DNA of 64,000 bases, from NCBI GenBank assembly GCA_963764165.1, contig CAVXRD010000004.1, positions 224,001-288,000 on the forward strand. Reading direction: 5' to 3'. Below the pieces are notes generated by a model. The model made no database searches, was not told where the DNA came from, and saw only the letters and a list, made by a program, of their open reading frames with translations. Both the position numbers and the translations under genes were made by a program. The stretch is from an uncultured Verrucomicrobiae bacterium. Its GTDB lineage: Bacteria; Verrucomicrobiota; Verrucomicrobiia; Limisphaerales; Palsa-1400. Shown in pieces: positions 58,274 through 64,000 of this stretch. Every line of letters begins with the position of its first letter. The first letter of the stretch is position 1.

Positions 58274-60436
58274 ATGTCGGAAAAAGCGCGCGCCATCTGC
58301 CCTGAACACCTGATCAATCGGGAATTGAGCTGGCTGGAATTCAACCAGCGGGTGCTGGAGGAGGCCCTTGATCGCTCCACGCCGCTGCTGGAACGGCTCA
58401 AGTTCTTTTGCATTTTTGCGGACAATCTGGATGAGTTTTTCGAGATCCGGGTGGCGGCCCTGCAGCAGCGCATCCGCAGCGCCGCGACTGAAAGAAGCCC
58501 CGACGGCCTGACGGCCACCGAAACCTATCACGCGGTCCACAAAAAAGTCCGCGAGCTGGTCACCAGCCAATACAATTGCTGGCGCGACGAATTGCGCCCG
58601 GAATTGGCGAAAAACGGCATTCTCTTCCCGGCCTTCAAGGATTTGCCGGAAGCTGATCTGGCGTGGCTGGAGAGGTTTTACCGCGGCCAGGCCCGCCCGG
58701 TGCTGACGCCCCTGGGCCTCGATCCAGCGCATCCTTTCCCGAAGCTCATCAACAAGTCGCTCAACACGATTGTCCAAATGGAAATCGTGATCAATGAAGA
58801 GCGCCGCAAACGCCTCGCTGTGGTGCAGGTGCCGCGCGTGCTGCCGCGCCTGATCAAATTGCCGGACGCGGATGGTAAGACTCAGCGCCATCTTTTCATG
58901 GGCGAACTGATTCGCAAGAACCTGGGCGAACTGTTTCCCGGGGCGGAGATTCTTGGCTGCTGGCATTTCCGGGTCACCCGGAACGGCGCTCTTTACTCTG
59001 ACGACGAAGCGTCTGCAACCCTGCTGGCCGCGGTGGATTCGGATTCGCGGGCGAGGCATCACGGCGAGGCTGTCCGGCTGGAAGTCGAGCATGGCTGCCC
59101 CTCCGAGATTCGCGCCTTTCTGCTCGAGAACTTCGGACTCGACGAGGAGAGCGTTTACATCATTGACGGCCCTTTGAATCCGGTTCGATTGATCGCGGTG
59201 GCGGAAGGCGATCATTCGCCGGAATTGCGCGCGCCCGCCTTTGTCGCGCCGGTGGCCGCGCCCTTGCGGGACGAGCCGGACATTTTTGCGGCGGTTCGCC
59301 ACGCGGATGTGCTGTTGCATCATCCTTACGAAAATTTCAGCAGCGTGGTGGATTTTTTGCGGCAGGCTTCCATTGATCCGAGGGTCCTGGCCATCAAGCA
59401 AACCCTCTACCGGACGAATGGTGATTTGCAAATCGTCAGCGCGTTGATGGATGCCGTCCGCAACGGCAAACAGGTGACGGTGGTCTTGGAATTGAAAGAG
59501 CGTTCCGAGGAAGGCGCCAATATCCAATGGGCCGTGCGGCTGGAGGAAGCCGGGGTGCATGTCGTCTACGGATTGGTCAATTGCAAAGTTCACGCCAAGA
59601 TGTGCCTGATCGTGCGCAAGGATGCCGACGCCATCCGGCGATATCTGCATTTGAGCACAGGAAATTACAATCCGGCCACGGCGCGATATTACGAGGACGT
59701 GAGCTTCCTGACCTGCCGGGCGGACTTTGGGGAGGATGCGACCAACTTATTCAATTTATTGACGGGCGTCTGCCAGTTTCCCGGCACCAAGAAATTGGTG
59801 GTGGCCCCGTTCGATTTGCGGGAAAAGATTTTGGAATTAATCCACCGCGAAACACGGCATGCCCGCGAGGAATTGCCAGCGCGCATCATCGCCAAAATGA
59901 ACTCGCTCGAAGACCCAATGATCATCGAGGCGCTTTGCCAGGCCGCGCATGCTGGCGTCAAAATTGACCTTTTGGTGCGCGGCGTCTGCTGCCTGAAGCC
60001 GGGGTTGGAGGGCGCCACCGAAAACATCACGGTGCGCAGCGTGGTGGATCGTTTTTTGGAGCACAGCCGGATTTTCTATTTCGAGAATGCCTGCCAGCCC
60101 GAGGCCTGGATCAGCAGCGCGGATTGGACGCAAATCCACCTGCAGCGGCGCATCGAAGTTTTGTTCCCGATTGATGACGGAAATTTGCGGGAGCGCATTC
60201 GCGGGCAAATTCTGGAGGCGATGCTGCGCGACAATGTGAAGGCGCGCGTCCTCCAAACCGATGGCGGCTACATCCGCGCCGTTCGCGCGAACGGGGAACG
60301 AGCGCGGCGTGGTCAATCAGAATTGCTGAAAGCAGCGACGGTTAAATCGGAATTTGAGCAGTCTCCGCGAAAAACAAACGCGAAATATCCACGGCTGAAA
60401 CTCGCGCCCCATCCACTCGCAGCCAGGAAAGGCTAA
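58274..60436 (+). CDS. ppk1: Polyphosphate kinase 1
   Basis: NRELSWLEFNQRVL, NLDEFF, LLHHPY, IKQTLYR, KVHAK, STGNYN, RFLEHSRI. Confidence 0.95.
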   Translation: MSEKARAICPEHLINRELSWLEFNQRVLEEALDRSTPLLERLKFFCIFADNLDEFFEIRVAALQQRIRSAATERSPDGLTATETYHAVHKKVRELVTSQYNCWRDELRPELAKNGILFPAFKDLPEADLAWLERFYRGQARPVLTPLGLDPAHPFPKLINKSLNTIVQMEIVINEERRKRLAVVQVPRVLPRLIKLPDADGKTQRHLFMGELIRKNLGELFPGAEILGCWHFRVTRNGALYSDDEASATLLAAVDSDSRARHHGEAVRLEVEHGCPSEIRAFLLENFGLDEESVYIIDGPLNPVRLIAVAEGDHSPELRAPAFVAPVAAPLRDEPDIFAAVRHADVLLHHPYENFSSVVDFLRQASIDPRVLAIKQTLYRTNGDLQIVSALMDAVRNGKQVTVVLELKERSEEGANIQWAVRLEEAGVHVVYGLVNCKVHAKMCLIVRKDADAIRRYLHLSTGNYNPATARYYEDVSFLTCRADFGEDATNLFNLLTGVCQFPGTKKLVVAPFDLREKILELIHRETRHAREELPARIIAKMNSLEDPMIIEALCQAAHAGVKIDLLVRGVCCLKPGLEGATENITVRSVVDRFLEHSRIFYFENACQPEAWISSADWTQIHLQRRIEVLFPIDDGNLRERIRGQILEAMLRDNVKARVLQTDGGYIRAVRANGERARRGQSELLKAATVKSEFEQSPRKTNAKYPRLKLAPHPLAARKG

Positions 60437-60445
60437 TACAAACCC

Positions 60446-61069
60446 ATGTTGAACACCGAACTCATTCCCGCCAAAGAGGAAATTGAACCGCGGCTGATGA
60501 TTGTGCTGCACGGCTTGGGCGACAGCATGAATGGCTATCGCTGGCTGCCGGAGGCGATGCAGTTGCCGTGGTTGAGCTATTTGCTGGTGAATGCGCCGGA
60601 TGAATATTACGGCGGATTTTCCTGGTACGACATCGACGGCAATTCCGGGCCTGGCGTTGAGCGCAGCCGGAAGCTGCTGGTGCAATTGCTGGAACGCACC
60701 GAGAGCGAAGGGTTCGCGCCGGAAAAGACGGCGCTCTTTGGCTTTTCGCAGGGATGCCTGATGTCGATCGAAGTCGGCTCGCAATACCCGCACAAGCTGG
60801 CCGGAATCGTGGGTGTGAGCGGATACGTTTATGAGCCTAACCGGCTGGCCAAGGCGCTTTCACCCATCGCGGCACAACAGAGGTTTCTCGTCACACACGG
60901 CACACGGGACTCGTTGATTCCGATTGATCGCGTCCGCCCGCAAATGGAAATCCTTCGCGCAGCCGGCCTGAAAATTGATTGGCGTGAATTCGTCAAACAG
61001 CATACTATAGCTGGGGAAGAAGAACTGTCCGTCATACGCCGTTTCGTTAGCGATGGTTTTGGCAAGTAG
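60446..61069 (+). CDS. Phospholipase/carboxylesterase
   Basis: LHGLGD, GFSQG, HGTRD. Confidence 0.9.
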   Translation: MLNTELIPAKEEIEPRLMIVLHGLGDSMNGYRWLPEAMQLPWLSYLLVNAPDEYYGGFSWYDIDGNSGPGVERSRKLLVQLLERTESEGFAPEKTALFGFSQGCLMSIEVGSQYPHKLAGIVGVSGYVYEPNRLAKALSPIAAQQRFLVTHGTRDSLIPIDRVRPQMEILRAAGLKIDWREFVKQHTIAGEEELSVIRRFVSDGFGK

Positions 61070-61086
61070 ATCAAGGAGTTGAAAGG

Positions 61087-63663
61087 ATGCACAAGCGATT
61101 ATTGGCAGGTATTCTGTGCCTTATTGCGCCGTTGCTGGCGCGCGGCGTTTCCATTACTGGATTCTCGCCGCCGTTTGGCTCACCCGGCACAATCGTCACC
61201 GTCACTGGATCGGGATTTACCGGGGCCACAATTGTGGAATTCAACACGAATACCCCCAGCCTGGTCGATTTCACCAACGTCTCGGACACGGAATTGCTGT
61301 TAGTCGTCCCGTCGAACGCCGTCAGCGGAACGGTGGCGGTTTACGTGGGCGCCGCTAGCGCTTCCACCTCCTCTAATTTCATCGTGGCTCCGGTGATCAC
61401 CAGCTTTAACCCGCCGAGCGGCGCTTCGCCGACGATGGTTTATATTTTCGGCCAGAACTTCGTGAGCACGAACACGCATGTGCTTTTTTCGGGCGTGGCG
61501 ACTCCGGTTTTAGCCACCTACGTGGCTGCGACGGAAATTGAGGCAGAGGTGCCGGCGGGCGCGACGGACGGGCCTTTGACTGTCTACACGCAAGCCGGGA
61601 CGAATATCACGACCAGTAATTTCCTCGCCAGCACCCTGCCTTCGATCACGTCGGTTTCGCCCAATTTCGCCACGAATGGACAGGGCATCAATATCTTTGG
61701 CGGCAACTTTTTCACTCCGATCACCGTAAAGTTCGGCACTATCACAGCGGGCAGCGCTACGGCAGTTTCGACAACCGAAATTGCGGTGAACGTCCCGACC
61801 GGGGCCAGCAGTCCCGACATCACCATTACGACTCCGGACGGAAGCGTGACATACACGAACTTCACCACGGGAGCAGGGCCGGTTGTTTATGGGTTTTCTC
61901 CAAGCTACGGCGTCAGCAACAATCAAATCAGCATATACGGCGTCGATATGCCATCGGCGACCTCGGTTAGCTTCAATGGGCACTTGGAAAGAATCGTGTC
62001 CTATTCGGGAACGACCAATTTGAACGTTGCGTTGACCAATAATCCCGGCACCGGGCCGATCAAGGTGACGGCGGGGGCGAACAGTTTTACGACGTCCTCG
62101 AACTTCATCAACTCGTCCGCGCCCATTGTTTCGGATTTTTATCCAACGCTGGGTCCTCCCGGTTCCACCGTCACCATTGACGGAATTAATTTTATCAGCG
62201 GAACCGTCGCGAAGTTCGGAACCACTGCTGCGACCAAAACGACTGTAACGGGCTCCACGCAAATTTCCGCGGTGGTCCCATCCATTGGCGTGGGCGGCTA
62301 TGCTTTGACCTTAAGCAGCACCGATGGCACATTCACCACTGGCAGCAATTTTACTGTAACCGGCACGGGGCCGATCATCACGAGCCTCTCGCAAAGCAAC
62401 GGCGTTCGCGGGACGACGCTCACACTCAGCGGCGCTAATTTCACAAACCTGGGGTCTTCGGCCGTGAAATTCAACGGTGTCACTGGCACGTTCGCAGCTC
62501 CAACCTCAACAACAGAGCTCACCGTCACCGTTCCGGAGGGGGCAACAACAGGATATATTACGGTGACCAACGCGAGCGGCGCGGGCGGCGCGAGCCCTTC
62601 GCTGTTTTACCTCCAGCCGTGGATAACTTCGCTGAGCGCCAGCGGCGCGGCGGTGAACGGATCACTGGTCATTTCCGGCCGCAATTTCACTGGTTTGACC
62701 TCCGTTCTCATCAACGGGCTTTCGTATGCTTTCACCAACACGGCAACGCAAATCTTTCTTAATATCCCGTCCAACGCAACTTCCGGCGAGGTGAAAATCG
62801 CGACTCCAGGCGGCTCCTACTTCAGCACAAATGTGGTCGGAATTCTTCCCAACATTTACAGCTTCAGCCCAGCCATTGGCCCCGCCGGAACTATCGTCAC
62901 GTTAATTGGAACAAGCTTTTCGGATGTCACTGAAGTCATGTTCGGGAGCGGCGGAACGACTGATTTCACCGCGACGAGCAATCAAATCAAGGTGGCCGTG
63001 CCGGGCAACGCTGTGAGCGGGCCGATTACCGCCGTTTCACCCTACGGAACCAGCGTCAGCTCCAATAGTTTTACCGCAACCAAAACAAGTTCGGCGCAAT
63101 TGACGAAAACAGTCACTCCTGTCTTAACGACGCCGGGCACCCCGCTGACTTACACGCTTTTCGTCAGCAACGAGGGCCCTTCCATCATCACTTCCACGCT
63201 CGTGACGGATATCCTGCCGACGAACGCAGTCTTCGCGAGCGCATCCACTCCGAACGGCAGCTGGTCTTACACCAACGGCGTGGTCAATTGGAACATCGGG
63301 ATCTTCACGAATGGCAGCGCCGCCACCATGACAATCGTCCTGGATGGATCGGAAACTGGAGCGATCACCAACACCGCCGAACTTTCGTTCGCAGAGAGCG
63401 CGGTGCAGCCGATTGCGGGCGTTGCCTCGGCCACGGCTTACATTATAACGCCTTCAGAGCGCACGCTGTCGATTGCGACCGCAAACGCAACCAACGCACT
63501 CATCACATGGCCGATCTCGTCCGTGCATTTTCTTCTGGAGATCAGCACCAATTTGACGACGTGGAGTTATCCGGCGACTCCGTCTTACGTGACCAACGGC
63601 GTGAACATCTTTACCAACACGTTCACCTCGCCAGAAGTATTCTTCAGGCTGAGATCGCCATAG
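61087..63663 (+). CDS. Secreted IPT/TIG-repeat protein with DUF11 domain
   Basis: Repeated PxITSFxP..G..VTIxGxNF units; LTYTLFVSNEGPS...DILP; C-terminal FFRL. Confidence 0.88.
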   Translation: MHKRLLAGILCLIAPLLARGVSITGFSPPFGSPGTIVTVTGSGFTGATIVEFNTNTPSLVDFTNVSDTELLLVVPSNAVSGTVAVYVGAASASTSSNFIVAPVITSFNPPSGASPTMVYIFGQNFVSTNTHVLFSGVATPVLATYVAATEIEAEVPAGATDGPLTVYTQAGTNITTSNFLASTLPSITSVSPNFATNGQGINIFGGNFFTPITVKFGTITAGSATAVSTTEIAVNVPTGASSPDITITTPDGSVTYTNFTTGAGPVVYGFSPSYGVSNNQISIYGVDMPSATSVSFNGHLERIVSYSGTTNLNVALTNNPGTGPIKVTAGANSFTTSSNFINSSAPIVSDFYPTLGPPGSTVTIDGINFISGTVAKFGTTAATKTTVTGSTQISAVVPSIGVGGYALTLSSTDGTFTTGSNFTVTGTGPIITSLSQSNGVRGTTLTLSGANFTNLGSSAVKFNGVTGTFAAPTSTTELTVTVPEGATTGYITVTNASGAGGASPSLFYLQPWITSLSASGAAVNGSLVISGRNFTGLTSVLINGLSYAFTNTATQIFLNIPSNATSGEVKIATPGGSYFSTNVVGILPNIYSFSPAIGPAGTIVTLIGTSFSDVTEVMFGSGGTTDFTATSNQIKVAVPGNAVSGPITAVSPYGTSVSSNSFTATKTSSAQLTKTVTPVLTTPGTPLTYTLFVSNEGPSIITSTLVTDILPTNAVFASASTPNGSWSYTNGVVNWNIGIFTNGSAATMTIVLDGSETGAITNTAELSFAESAVQPIAGVASATAYIITPSERTLSIATANATNALITWPISSVHFLLEISTNLTTWSYPATPSYVTNGVNIFTNTFTSPEVFFRLRSP

Positions 63664-63741
63664 GACTTCTTGAACTTATAGGACATATAAGAAAGCTCGG
63701 CACGAGCCGCGCCCTGCCGCATTTTGCAAATGGCCACGAAC

Positions 63742-63987
63742 TCACTGCTTCTCGTATTCCCCCTTGCCCAAGCGCTTCAAGACCGTAAACCCAGCCTTCT
63801 TGGCATCGGTGATGGATAATGGCTTAAGCTTGGTGGGCGAGTTGAAAGAGGAAATTATTTTCCGCACAGGCTTGCGGCAGGCCGGGCAGACCTTCAACGG
63901 CGCGGCGCTGACGGGACGGCGCAAAGTGAACTTGCCACCGCACACCACACACCCACCCTCACAAAGTTCGTATTCGTATATCGGCAT
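63742..63987 (-). CDS. FmdB family zinc-ribbon protein
   Basis: MPIYEY..C...C..C and CPAC. Confidence 0.85.
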   Translation of the reverse strand: MPIYEYELCEGGCVVCGGKFTLRRPVSAAPLKVCPACRKPVRKIISSFNSPTKLKPLSITDAKKAGFTVLKRLGKGEYEKQ

Positions 63988-64000
63988 ATCTTGCTGGTTC

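Overview
GC-rich bacterial DNA. The gene repertoire suggests Verrucomicrobiota subdivision 3 (Pedosphaera-like); this is inferred, not shown. Everything from about 0.7 to 49.9 kb is encoded on the minus strand. In transcription order this block holds: a secreted Ig-like repeat protein; blaI/blaR1-like regulators; a MoxR-DUF58-VWA operon ending in a redoxin-fold protein; an ECF sigma/anti-sigma pair; and four ~1.1-1.25 kaa paralogous secreted proteins with a shared tandem CsgG-like N-terminus, plus two Sel1 proteins and a CsgG/HfaB protein. A ~9 kb island (10.8-19.6 kb) splits the paralog cluster. In the island, three same-orientation copies of a Y1/HUH (RAYT-like) transposase with 24-bp terminal inverted repeats ending in TGACACC alternate with AT-richer cargo. 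Each cargo is a truncated gene tail followed by one intact membrane/secreted gene, and one also carries an RHS-core remnant. This looks like a HUH-transposase-built array of orphan toxin-immunity cassettes and is the best candidate for an undescribed system. Near-identical TACAnnTGTA operators precede blaI and moxR. The right end carries an extended ECF sigma, REP-like repeats, a frameshifted DUF2961 gene, tannase, an ExbD-TPR fusion, an SGNH hydrolase, ppk1, an esterase, an IPT/TIG protein and an FmdB-like zinc-ribbon protein. Several single-base frameshifts fall in short homopolymers and may be sequencing errors. All family calls come from recognised motifs; no searches were run.
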